A DNA stretch of 64,000 nt from Candidatus Moraniibacteriota bacterium (GTDB lineage: Bacteria > Patescibacteriota > Minisyncoccia > Moranbacterales > GCA-2747515). The DNA lies in contig JALVQA010000014.1 in the NCBI GenBank assembly GCA_027031495.1, forward strand, positions 849 through 64,848. The letters are read 5' to 3'. Position numbers and translations under genes: made by a program. The notes beneath the pieces were generated by a model, which ran no database searches, was not told where the DNA came from, and worked only from the letters and a program-made list of their open reading frames with translations. This document shows positions 9,445 through 18,989 of the stretch, one piece after another (positions within the stretch are counted from its first letter, which is position 1; every line of letters starts with the position of its first letter).

Positions 9445-11385
9445 ATGAATGCACAAGTACAAGAACATGAAATAGAAGAGATCACTCTTGCATCTTCTGG
9501 TGTGGTCACCGAGAAATATGCACGTGTTCTTACTGCCGCACACGCGTATGGTGTGCTTGGCGATGTTGCAAAGGTGGTTGCGATAATGTTGGTTGGCGGC
9601 ATTGTGACGCCACCGGCAAGTCATAAATACCCCAACCGCGGTGATTGGCGCAAACTTGTGCCACAGGAAAAGGAGTCTGATATTCTTGGGCAACTTGCCG
9701 TTTGGTCAATCGCTGAAGGAATGCCGGCTGAGGAAATGTTTGAAAACGGCATAAACAAAAGGAATTTCGCCAGGGCACAGGTGTTGTATGGCAAAATCTG
9801 TGACGTCCTTATTGGTGTATACAATGACTGTACAACAACGGACGGTAACCGTGAAAACATTATAAAGTCTGTCTGCGCTGGTGGAGTGTTGTGTCTGTAT
9901 GAAAGACGCACGAGATACCAAGGCGACTATTACGAAGATCGTGACCTCAGAGAGCGTGATCTCAGTAACGCTTCATGTGTGAGCGGTGATGCGCAGTGGA
10001 TTATTGGCTTGCCACGTGACTTTACTGTTCCTGAAGGTGATAAGAAAATTTCTTTTAGGATTATTGAGATGGCAAGTGCTGTTGAGCCGCTGTGGGTTGC
10101 TGAAGCAACTCCCAATGCGGTGTCTTTAAAGGAAGTCGGTTTGGAGCCGTTTTATGATCAGCAGAAAGATTGTGTTAGATCAACAACCAAAATACATTTT
10201 GGTAAACTAGTGTATAAAATGGTTGTTGACGATCCCGCACATCCAGACGCTGCGGAGCAGTTTGCGCTGTGGCTTGCAAAGCAAAAAAGACTTTCTGTCT
10301 CACATGACACATCACCACGTGTGTGCATGCTTGCGCAAATTGTCGCAACAAATGCACTAGTGCAGGAGCGCGCAGAAATGCTTAATATGCGCGCAGGAAA
10401 GGATCTCTTTAAAGTTTACACGGAGACGGAGCTTAAGGAGCGTTACAAAATGGCGCTTTTTGGTGCGCGCTCTCTTGCGGAAGTTGTTTTCCCTGAACCA
10501 TTGCGTTTGATGCCGCCTGATAAACGCATGGCAGAGGAAATTCTTCGTAATAATCCGGATACAATTGTTGTGTTGGGCAAAGAATTTGCCGTCATGTATA
10601 CCCGCAACGACGAGGGGTTTTACATGGACCCGATGATTGTACTTGATTCCAAAACGAGTGAACGCTGGCGTGAGCTACCTGATGACGGTATTTTTTTGCC
10701 AAGTGGTCGCGCTGTGTGTGTTAAGACGCGCTTTTTTGGTTTATCATGTTGTGAGGCCAACATCCGCGATTTGAAGGACTGCATTGTCGGTGCGTTTATT
10801 TGTAAAGCACGGCAGGAGTGGCGGCGTCGCAGGGTACCGGCACCAACATTTGACATGGATAATGATAAGAATATTCCGTTTGTCAAAGATATGTTCTACC
10901 GTGATGTGAACGGTGAGGAACATTTTATGTACGGTACAGTCGTATGGGATGAGTACGAGTACCGCTTTGAGGGTCGCTGGTATGATTACGAAGAATATGC
11001 ACAAAGTGCATATGAGAAGAGCGTTGAAAAACTCAAACTCCTTCGTGCGCAGAATCGTGCCACAAATGCAATCAGGGAAAGATTGTTAGTGGCTGCTGAT
11101 GACTATCATCATAAACACACCTGCATTATGCTGGCAGATGCGTTTATGAGCGCATATGATGACTGTGAAGTTGTCATTAACGCAATAGAAAAGGCGCTGG
11201 CAGAAGTGGTGAGCAGGAAGAGATACGGCGTGTTTGATGAAAACTTGCCAAGGCCGGCGGTTCGTGATGGTTATCGTATAGATAATCCATTCGATACGAC
11301 GTATACGGCAAGGTTTAGCACAGATAACACGTCGACACCGCAGTGTGTTCTGAGGTGTCTGAAAATCATGATGGGCGGCAAATAG
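9445..11385 (+). CDS. Hypothetical 646-aa protein, Cys-rich, no recognisable domain.
   Basis: Long ORF with an AGGAGG Shine-Dalgarno 7 nt upstream (AAGGAGGTGTAACATG). Host-like GC. I could not match it to any known family by eye. Confidence 0.75.
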   Translation: MNAQVQEHEIEEITLASSGVVTEKYARVLTAAHAYGVLGDVAKVVAIMLVGGIVTPPASHKYPNRGDWRKLVPQEKESDILGQLAVWSIAEGMPAEEMFENGINKRNFARAQVLYGKICDVLIGVYNDCTTTDGNRENIIKSVCAGGVLCLYERRTRYQGDYYEDRDLRERDLSNASCVSGDAQWIIGLPRDFTVPEGDKKISFRIIEMASAVEPLWVAEATPNAVSLKEVGLEPFYDQQKDCVRSTTKIHFGKLVYKMVVDDPAHPDAAEQFALWLAKQKRLSVSHDTSPRVCMLAQIVATNALVQERAEMLNMRAGKDLFKVYTETELKERYKMALFGARSLAEVVFPEPLRLMPPDKRMAEEILRNNPDTIVVLGKEFAVMYTRNDEGFYMDPMIVLDSKTSERWRELPDDGIFLPSGRAVCVKTRFFGLSCCEANIRDLKDCIVGAFICKARQEWRRRRVPAPTFDMDNDKNIPFVKDMFYRDVNGEEHFMYGTVVWDEYEYRFEGRWYDYEEYAQSAYEKSVEKLKLLRAQNRATNAIRERLLVAADDYHHKHTCIMLADAFMSAYDDCEVVINAIEKALAEVVSRKRYGVFDENLPRPAVRDGYRIDNPFDTTYTARFSTDNTSTPQCVLRCLKIMMGGK

Positions 11386-11520
11386 CAGTTAGTATAGTTC
11401 TTTTTTGGCCACAATGCGCACATGTGTATTGTGGCCCTTCATAACCTTGCTGATTTTTTTGGAGAAAATCGGCGGTGTTTAGAGGATCTTGCGCGATCAA
11501 TAACTGTTAAAGCATAGAAA

Positions 11521-11547
11521 AACAGGCTCTCTGAGAACCTGTTTTTT
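11521..11547. terminator. Hairpin plus T-run, probably a bidirectional terminator. It ends the 646-aa gene on the + strand and lies just past the tRNA-Arg 3' end on the minus strand.
   Basis: AACAGGCTCT-CTG-AGAACCTGTT imperfect stem followed by TTTTTTGCG. Confidence 0.4.
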
Positions 11548-11556
11548 GCGTTTGCG

Positions 11557-11630
11557 CACCTCGGGAGGGATTCGAACCCCCGACCGACGGGATAGAAGCC
11601 CGCTGCTCTCATCCACTGAGCTACCGAGGC
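11557..11630 (-). tRNA. tRNA-Arg (anticodon TCT).
   Basis: Manual cloverleaf fold of the reverse complement: acceptor GCCTCGG/CCGAGGT, D-arm GCTC..GAGC, anticodon stem GCGGG/CCCGT with loop CTTCTAT (U33, TCT, A37), T-arm GGGGG-TTCGAAT-CCCTC. No encoded CCA. Confidence 0.85.
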
Positions 11631-11668
11631 AAATACAGTACGTACCCATTGTAAACGATATTTACGAT

Positions 11669-12283
11669 TTATTCAACTGCTGTATCGGTGTTTTCGTCTT
11701 TCTTTGCCTGCGCGTCTATAAAGATTGTGAAGAAAACAGCAGTAAGCGCAAAGAGTGTAATTGTGCTGAGAAGAAAGAGTTGTGGCGGTGATGACGGCGC
11801 GTAGTGTGTGAGCGCAAGGATGTTGTAACTTGCATGGAGAAGTATTGTCACAATTAGTGGTACGGCTATGCGCACAAGTCTGTGTGCGTGCTTAAGTGTG
11901 ACGAGAAATGCCGCAAAGATCAACGGTGTGCATATGTGGATAATGAATGTTCCGAGCGCTGCTGTCGGTACGGCAATAGCATTGTCGTACGGTGTAAGTG
12001 CAATAGTACTGTATTCAATAGCAATGAAACCGCAACCAACGAAAAATGCGTGAAAAAATGTGCTGTAAAGGCGTGGCGGGTAATGCAGACCTTTGATAAC
12101 AGCAACAAATTTGAACATTTCCTCCATCGATGCAAAAAGGAGAATGAGCGCCGTTGCAGCCGTGGCGTTGATATTATCGGCAAGTAAAAAATTGTGTGTA
12201 TTGAGCGTGCTGTTGACGGCAACCTGCAAAAGAAGTGCGCCCAGCGCGGCGACGATGCCATAGATAAAAGAGAAGAAGTACAT
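11669..12283 (-). CDS. Polytopic membrane protein, possibly a CPBP-family (CAAX/Abi-like) intramembrane protease.
   Basis: 204-aa hydrophobic ORF with EEMFKF, FFHAFF and HASYN segments. These resemble the CPBP EExxxR / FxxxH / HxxxN motifs, but the match is imperfect. Confidence 0.5.
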   Translation of the reverse strand: MYFFSFIYGIVAALGALLLQVAVNSTLNTHNFLLADNINATAATALILLFASMEEMFKFVAVIKGLHYPPRLYSTFFHAFFVGCGFIAIEYSTIALTPYDNAIAVPTAALGTFIIHICTPLIFAAFLVTLKHAHRLVRIAVPLIVTILLHASYNILALTHYAPSSPPQLFLLSTITLFALTAVFFTIFIDAQAKKDENTDTAVE

Positions 12284-12292
12284 GGTAGATAT

Positions 12293-14932
12293 TTATGTCA
12301 GATTTTCACGTGCGTTGTGAAGTTCTGTCACACGCTTTTGCGCTTCTGCCAAAAGCGCTTTCTCTTTTGCGACGACGTCTTGCGGTGCGCGTGTAACAAA
12401 GCTTTCCTGTGAGAGACGCTTTTGTTTTGCTGTGATGTTCTCAGTGAGCTCTGCGATTTCTTTGCTGAGACGCTCTCTCTCGCGTGCAGTGTCTACAAGG
12501 CCTTCAAGGAGGAGATAGCCGGTGCCGTGTGCCGTTGTAAGCGCGGCACTTTCGCGCGGTGGTGTAGTATTTGTGTGTGCGATAACGTCTGCTACGCGTC
12601 CAAGGCGCATGATAATATCCTTATGTTTTGCTGCAATAGCACAAAGGTTCGTGTCACATGTGAGAAGTGGTTTTTTATCCGGTGTAATGTTGTAGAGCGC
12701 GCGCAGGGCACGGATTTTTGCGATGAGATCTTTAAGGATGTCAAATTGCATCACATCATCCTGTGCAATATTTGCATAGAGTGTATTATCGTGTTGTGGC
12801 CACTGTGACACCATGAGAAAATCACGGTCACCTTTTTGTTTTATGTGCGTGAAGAGTTCTTCTGTAACAAACGGCATAAACGGGTGCCAGAGGTGGAGGA
12901 GTGTGCGGAATACAGTATGGAGAAGTGCGTCATTACGTTCAATCTTGTGTGCTTCAATGTACCAGTCGGCAAAATCATTCCATGTAAAGTCACGGAGCAC
13001 TTCGCCCGCCTGCGAGAAGCGGAACTTCTCTAGATGCTCTGTGACAGTCGCGACGGTGTTTTGGAGATGCGCGAGGATCCAGTGATCTGCCGGCGTGCGT
13101 GCTTCAGCGATGTGTGCATTTTTCGCATCTTGTGAGAGAACGTAGCGCCCGATATTCCACAACTTATTTGTAAAATTGCGATACCCGGCAATTTTTTCTT
13201 TCCCAAGGCGCATATCTTGACCTGGTGTTGAGCCGATAAGAAGAGAGAGGCGCACGGCATCCGTGCCGTATCGTACACTTACGTCAAGCGGATCAATAGC
13301 ATTACCGAGCGATTTACTCATTTTGCGTCCTTTTTCGTCACGAATGAGACCGTGGAGATAGACTGTTCTGAAAGGAACATCGCCGATAAGGTATGTGCTC
13401 ATCAAGATCATGCGCGCAACCCAGAAAAAGAGAATGTCATAACCGGTCTCAAGGACATTTGTTGGATGGTATGTGCGAAAATCCGGTGTATCATCCGGCC
13501 AACCGAGTGTGGAGAACGTCCAGAGACCGGATGAAAACCACGTATCAAGCGTATCAGGATCTTGCTTCCATCCGTCACCGTCAGGTGCGTGTTCGCTAAC
13601 AACAATTTCATTACCGCGATACCATACCGGAATGCGGTGCCCGTACCAGATTTGTCGCGAGATACACCAGTCGCGGAGGTTATCAATCCAGTGAAAGTAA
13701 ATCTTTTCAAAGCGTTGAGGAATAATGTCAATTGCACCGCTCTTGACGGCGTTTGCTATGAGTTCTTTGAGTGTTGTCTTTTTTCCGTCGCGCTCAAAAG
13801 GTTTATTAACAGCAACAAACCACTGTTTCTTCGGAAGTGGTTCAATAATACCACCGGTGCGTTCCGCTACGGAAACGCTCTGCGTTATCGTTTCTTCTCC
13901 TTCCAAAAGATCGTTATCACGAAGCCACTGTACGACACGCTCACGTGCTTCAGTGGTTGTTTTTCCACGAAGATATGGTCCCGCTTCTTCTGTCATACGT
14001 GCATCTTCGTTGATAACACGTCTGCGTGGGAGATTATGTCGCTCACTCATTTCCCAGTCAATATGACTATGTGCCGGCGTGACACCAAGTGCGCCTGTGC
14101 CAAAATCTTGCGCGACCTCAGGGTCGGCAATGATGCGTATAGTAAGCGACGTGCCGCAAAAGTCGTCAATCTTAAATGTTTTGCCGATGTAGCGCGCATA
14201 ACGCTCATCATCGGGATGAACGGCAACAGCTGTATCACCGACCTTTGTTTCCGGACGTGTTGTGGAGATGGCAATAGGGAAATCTTTACTGTAGCGGAAC
14301 GTGTAGAGCGTTGCTGTGCGTTCCTCGTGCAGAACCTCGTCGTCGGAAACGGTTGTTTGCCCCTTTGGGTCCCAGTTAACAATGCGGTCGCCACGGTAGA
14401 TAAGACTGTCATTGTACATGCGCCGAAATGCCTCAACAACTGCTCTGTGACGTGGCGGATCAAGTGTAAACGCTTCACGACTCCAGTCAAGCGAGGCGCC
14501 CATAGCACGACATTGATTGACGATTGTGTCATAAGAATCTTGCGCAAACTTTTCTACACGTGCAAGAAACGCTTCACGCCCAAGGTCATAGCGAGATTGC
14601 CCGGTTTCTTTGTGGAGAAGTTTTTCCACTTTGCTCTGTGTGGCGATAGCGGCATGGTCTGTGCCCGGGAGCCACAGTGTGCGGTCTCCCTTCATGCGAT
14701 GATAACGCACCATTGTATCCTCAATTGCAAGCATTGCAGCATGGCCAGTATGAAGAATACCGGTGACATTTGGCGGTGGCAAAACGATGCTGAAACGTTC
14801 TGCGCCTTCCGTTGTAATTCCTCCTGTGATGCAGACATCAGGATTGAAATAACCACTTTCTTCCCATGCACGATAAATCTCTTTTTCTACAGATTGCGGG
14901 TCGTAGATTTTTGCAAGTTCCGTCATAGACAA
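12293..14932 (-). CDS. valS: Valine--tRNA ligase.
   Basis: 879 aa with a class-I HIGH motif (PPPNVTGILHTGHA), KMSKS (GRKMSKSLGNAIDP), and the C-terminal coiled-coil typical of ValRS. Confidence 0.93.
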   Translation of the reverse strand: MSMTELAKIYDPQSVEKEIYRAWEESGYFNPDVCITGGITTEGAERFSIVLPPPNVTGILHTGHAAMLAIEDTMVRYHRMKGDRTLWLPGTDHAAIATQSKVEKLLHKETGQSRYDLGREAFLARVEKFAQDSYDTIVNQCRAMGASLDWSREAFTLDPPRHRAVVEAFRRMYNDSLIYRGDRIVNWDPKGQTTVSDDEVLHEERTATLYTFRYSKDFPIAISTTRPETKVGDTAVAVHPDDERYARYIGKTFKIDDFCGTSLTIRIIADPEVAQDFGTGALGVTPAHSHIDWEMSERHNLPRRRVINEDARMTEEAGPYLRGKTTTEARERVVQWLRDNDLLEGEETITQSVSVAERTGGIIEPLPKKQWFVAVNKPFERDGKKTTLKELIANAVKSGAIDIIPQRFEKIYFHWIDNLRDWCISRQIWYGHRIPVWYRGNEIVVSEHAPDGDGWKQDPDTLDTWFSSGLWTFSTLGWPDDTPDFRTYHPTNVLETGYDILFFWVARMILMSTYLIGDVPFRTVYLHGLIRDEKGRKMSKSLGNAIDPLDVSVRYGTDAVRLSLLIGSTPGQDMRLGKEKIAGYRNFTNKLWNIGRYVLSQDAKNAHIAEARTPADHWILAHLQNTVATVTEHLEKFRFSQAGEVLRDFTWNDFADWYIEAHKIERNDALLHTVFRTLLHLWHPFMPFVTEELFTHIKQKGDRDFLMVSQWPQHDNTLYANIAQDDVMQFDILKDLIAKIRALRALYNITPDKKPLLTCDTNLCAIAAKHKDIIMRLGRVADVIAHTNTTPPRESAALTTAHGTGYLLLEGLVDTARERERLSKEIAELTENITAKQKRLSQESFVTRAPQDVVAKEKALLAEAQKRVTELHNARENLT

Positions 14933-15060
14933 TTCTTTATATATAAGGTGTTATCAATACTTAGAGTGTAGCACTCTCGCACAGGAGATTCAAGGAATAC
15001 GTATCCTTAACAAGAGTTTTTGTGCCACATGTAATACTTAAAAGAATAAATGAGGAATTT

Positions 15061-16128
15061 CTAGCAAAATATATAACACGTTATGTTGGCAAAATCAATT
15101 AACTCCAGTAATACCCATCCGACAGCAAAACTTATTCCGTTTGCCAAAAAAGAAATCACAAGTGCCTCGCGTAGTTGTAGGTCACTTTTCCTGGTAAAAC
15201 GATAGATCAACCAACCTTCGAAGAATGCGATAAGAACTTCAAAGAGAATGAGTGTAACAATATAGAATATGTAACCTAAAAATGGTGCAAAGAAATATAT
15301 TGTCCAGAGAAGGGGAAGTGTAATGAGTGTGCCTATAGCGCTGGCGCCATAAGTATGTCGTCTTAGCACATATGAAAACGCGCGCCGATGTGCATAGATA
15401 ATTATGACAAACAGCTCTATAGAGAGTGTCAAGAGGAGTGCAATGGAAATTGTTACAATGAGCGATGCAAAAAATAATGATGAAGAGAAACGGCTTTTTG
15501 TAAACATGCGCATTTTGTAATCCAAGTCAGCAATGCCATCGTCATGCAGAAATGCCGTGTACCAAGCATCATGATCCGTTACTGTCAAAGAGTTGGAAAT
15601 AAATAGACCATTTTTCTTTAAAGATGGGATGTAGAATGCTATGCGAAAATAGTCATACCGAAAACCAAAAAAGTGACATTGTCCGGAAGCACAGCGTCTT
15701 GAATCATCGGTTCTCCAGAAGCATCCACTCTCGCGATCATAGTACAGTACATCAAGTATCTCTGATTCATATGTTGCAGGGGCAGGGTTAAAGGTAAAAA
15801 TGTATTGCTCGCTACCCAACTTCTTTGCAAATTTTCTTGCTCGTACTTGCGATTCAGCAAAGCGCTTTTTATTGCTTACAGTTTCCTCTAAACCGATTTC
15901 CGGATTGTATGCAACACCACTGTATTTTCCATGTTCCGAAACAATACAAGTATCAGGCACAAGTGTTGCTGCATAAAATGGAGTCTTGATCAGTGGGCGT
16001 ATACTATGTGTAACAAAGAAGGTAGCTCTCGTTTTTGGACCGACATCAGCATGTGCTGTATACCAAGGGATGTAGCTAATAAGAGTAAGTGCAATGACCG
16101 TGTAAAGAAGGAAAATGCTCTTCTTCAT
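15061..16128 (-). CDS. Hypothetical membrane protein. N-terminal signal/anchor, an extracytoplasmic domain, then C-terminal multi-TM region.
   Basis: 355-aa ORF. N-terminus MKKSIFLLYTVIALTLISYIPWYTAHA. Several hydrophobic helices in the last ~150 aa. Confidence 0.65.
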   Translation of the reverse strand: MKKSIFLLYTVIALTLISYIPWYTAHADVGPKTRATFFVTHSIRPLIKTPFYAATLVPDTCIVSEHGKYSGVAYNPEIGLEETVSNKKRFAESQVRARKFAKKLGSEQYIFTFNPAPATYESEILDVLYYDRESGCFWRTDDSRRCASGQCHFFGFRYDYFRIAFYIPSLKKNGLFISNSLTVTDHDAWYTAFLHDDGIADLDYKMRMFTKSRFSSSLFFASLIVTISIALLLTLSIELFVIIIYAHRRAFSYVLRRHTYGASAIGTLITLPLLWTIYFFAPFLGYIFYIVTLILFEVLIAFFEGWLIYRFTRKSDLQLREALVISFLANGISFAVGWVLLELIDFANITCYIFC

Positions 16129-16777
16129 AGTTTATGTCTATTTATTCTAGATTGTTGTAGTTATCATCATTCATTCACTGTTATATATAACAGTTTTGTT
16201 ACAGTCTTCTTAGTAGTAGTGTAGCATATGCATTGCATAAGAAATTGCTGAGTTGAGTATATTTACTTTTCAAATATATAAATTAGCTAAGTACTATGTA
16301 TCTGTAAACATTTAGTGTATATGTGTGCACTGTATTGCCGTCCATTACATGTTTCTGTATATAAAGGGTTAATTTGCTTGTTATTCAACGTATATGTCAG
16401 TTTATAGCATACTATTGAGGAAATAGTGCTTAATATCGGTATCTGGATTGTTTAAGAGAGGTGAGAAAATCTACACAACTATCGTAAAAAACTGTTCCAA
16501 AGAGCAGTACTGATTTTTTTTCTCAAAGAATCACAGTTCAGATTTAATCACAGAAAAGATGATGGATATGCTATGCTGCTAAAAGAGTTAAAGAAAAGGT
16601 CGTTGTAGTTGTCGCTAAAGTATTCAAGTCATAAATTAGTTAGAAATTCGACAAGAAATTGTGTAGAAACGGTGTATAACATAGTACCATCGCACGAGAG
16701 ATTTAGATGTTTGTTTTTTTATTAATGTCCTGTATAATCATCATAACGTTCTTTAACTTGCGTAAGGGGTAATAAAA

Positions 16778-17218
16778 ATGGTTGTACGTGCTGTAGGACT
16801 TATTCTTTTGTGCCGGCATGGTAGTCATATTCTGACGATTGAGGAGCGCAAAGATAAACCAGCAATTGAGAAAAAAGCCGGCATGGTTTCATTTCCGTTG
16901 GAAACACTTGAAGATGGTGAGTCTTATGATGATGCACTGCGACGGCTGTTGAAAGAAGAGATTGGTATCGCATATAATAACATTACTCTGCCAGGACAAT
17001 GCGGTGTATTTTCGCGTCAGTTTGAGAGTGGTATTATTGCACATTATGTCATATATATGAGTCAGTGCCGTGGCACGATTAGGTATGATCCGCACGATGA
17101 TGACGTTGTTTTTCATGGATGGCTTCGCCCGCATGACCTAGAGACATATCCTTGTATACGTATAGAGGTGCGCCACTTTCTTGATGTATGCATGGCAAAT
17201 GGTCGTGCATGTGCGTGA
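16778..17218 (+). CDS. NUDIX hydrolase.
   Basis: A Nudix-box-like segment (G.....E.......RRLLKEEIGI) matches GX5EX7REUXEEXGU. 146 aa, sitting in an AT-rich island. Confidence 0.6.
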   Translation: MVVRAVGLILLCRHGSHILTIEERKDKPAIEKKAGMVSFPLETLEDGESYDDALRRLLKEEIGIAYNNITLPGQCGVFSRQFESGIIAHYVIYMSQCRGTIRYDPHDDDVVFHGWLRPHDLETYPCIRIEVRHFLDVCMANGRACA

Positions 17219-17479
17219 ATAGGAAGGAGTCTTGTCATAATTGACAAGACTCCTTGTTTTTTGATGATATACTTTAATTAGTGATGCTTTGTAAGTTGCC
17301 AGTGTACTAAAACTTTTAAAAATGCTAAATGAATATTGCTTCTTGTGCGCTTTCTTTTTTAGCAGTTTTTATATGTGTCGGTACAGTTGTTACGTACGCT
17401 GCGGATTGCATGGTACCGTGGTATGTGGTGTTGTCGTGCGTACATTTGCCGAGCCATTTAACATTTTTTTGCAAATAAA

Positions 17480-17701
17480 GTGCCACAATTGCGCGTTGGA
17501 CTCTATGTTGCGCCACCGAAGCGAGACTATTGGCGTGCGATTAAGGGAGAAGGAAGTGAAAAGTATCGTGCATGGCAACGAGAGAATGACCAACTTAAAA
17601 CTCTGGCGGATAAGGTAGACATGCTCTTTCCAAATGCATACACATTTTGTGATGATCGTGATAACTGGGTGAAATATGTCACAGCACAGATTGCGGATTA
17701 A
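17480..17701 (+). CDS. Small hypothetical protein (73 aa, GTG start).
   Basis: ORF only. No recognisable motif or clear RBS. Confidence 0.2.
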   Translation: MPQLRVGLYVAPPKRDYWRAIKGEGSEKYRAWQRENDQLKTLADKVDMLFPNAYTFCDDRDNWVKYVTAQIAD

Positions 17702-17985
17702 TGGTAGTCGTCTGCCGTGGCGTGAAGACTACGTATAGTGGTAAGAAGTGCGACGCTTCTTGAAAGAAAAGAAGTTGCGATAAGTTATTTACTTTCTCTT
17801 TCTTATACTACACATTTTACAAATGCATTTATAGCATACTTAAACACATAATGCGATAATTATAAGTGTATTTAACATTACATTTATTCTACTGTACATG
17901 TGGAGAGGGTGATTTAGTATATATGTGACTATTCCAATTTTTACATATCCATTGTCAGCTGTGGTAATTACCTAATTATTCCTAG

Positions 17986-18798
17986 TTATCTATCAACTTC
18001 TCGGGGCATTTCCCAGTCAATGTAGCGAACAACTAATGCCCAATTATTAGGATCGCGTAGAAATGTGATAGGATCGAATGAAAAAAAGTTTTTATCGTAG
18101 GTAATAGTGTTAATATTTTGTTGTGCGTTCAAGTTTCTTTCTAAATAATCTTTTCTAATAAATTCTATCGTTACATTCGCAGGGTGAAGATCGTCATGAT
18201 TAATATTGATTGCAGCCAATTTTTTGTTTAATACTCTCATTTTCCTTATTACTAGGTGCAGGAACGATGGCGGAACAATTTGATAAATAATCTCGAGTGT
18301 AGGCCCTGTGTATCTGCTATAGACCCTTTTTCTCTCAAGCTTCCTTCCACTATAATTGTCTCTTATGAATCGCTCTTTTGCGTCCACACCGATAATAGGT
18401 GCGCATGCAATGCCAGCGTTATGCACTTTTTGCCACAGTTCTAGTGCGCGTGGTGTAACAGAATTTGCAAAAGTAATTATCGTTTTTTCTCTGTCAAAAT
18501 ATATTTTTGATAAATTATTTAAGAATGATAAATCAATAACCCATCTTTTCTTAATGGATTTTGTATAATTGTCATACTGTTTAAAAGCATACGTAACATC
18601 TTCTCGTCCACAGTCTGCGAGACTATAAAATATACTTAACGTATCAAAGTCTAAATCTCTTAATTTTTTTGCTATATTTTTTTGTTCTTGTTCGTCATCG
18701 GTCATGGTTTTAGAAATATAATCGACAACACTGTATGTAAAATTTCTTTTTTGATTCTGTTGTGCGCAAGTCTTCTTCACTAAATGAAACATTTTCAT
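17986..18798 (-). CDS. Protein-kinase-like fold protein (APH / Kdo-kinase-like catalytic loop).
   Basis: HDDLHPANVTIEF resembles the HGDLHPGN catalytic loop of APH/Kdo kinases. A downstream IDWEM resembles the IDxE/DFG-equivalent metal-binding motif. The gene is AT-rich (~33% GC). Confidence 0.55.
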   Translation of the reverse strand: MKMFHLVKKTCAQQNQKRNFTYSVVDYISKTMTDDEQEQKNIAKKLRDLDFDTLSIFYSLADCGREDVTYAFKQYDNYTKSIKKRWVIDLSFLNNLSKIYFDREKTIITFANSVTPRALELWQKVHNAGIACAPIIGVDAKERFIRDNYSGRKLERKRVYSRYTGPTLEIIYQIVPPSFLHLVIRKMRVLNKKLAAININHDDLHPANVTIEFIRKDYLERNLNAQQNINTITYDKNFFSFDPITFLRDPNNWALVVRYIDWEMPREVDR

Positions 18799-18989
18799 TA
18801 TCAGTTTCTTTGTATGGAGATCTCATTATTTCTTCGATAATTCTATCAATGTGATCTTTCTCATTGTTATGCTGTTCAACTGTCTTTGATGAGGTGTGTT
18901 GTTGCGTTTCATATGAACTTGCTAGATTTTTGTCGAAAATCATATTGTCTTTTGTCATGTGTAATTTAAGTGTTGTTTATTAACTTTCG

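Noticed and set aside
8040-11630. Considered calling the tRNA-Arg-adjacent island an integrative element or prophage remnant.
   Set aside because: No integrase, recombinase or phage structural motifs were found, and no direct repeat of the tRNA 3' end was visible by eye. It is reported only as a compositional island.
13562-14971. 469-aa + strand ORF antisense to valS.
   Set aside because: Completely overlaps the conserved valS coding sequence. Its Cys/Phe-rich, nonsense-like composition marks it as an artefact.
16225-16777. Considered a replication origin in the AT-rich ORF-free stretch.
   Set aside because: No DnaA-box-like TTATCCACA motifs were seen, and dnaA/dnaN are not adjacent. It is more likely a promoter/regulatory or island-boundary region.
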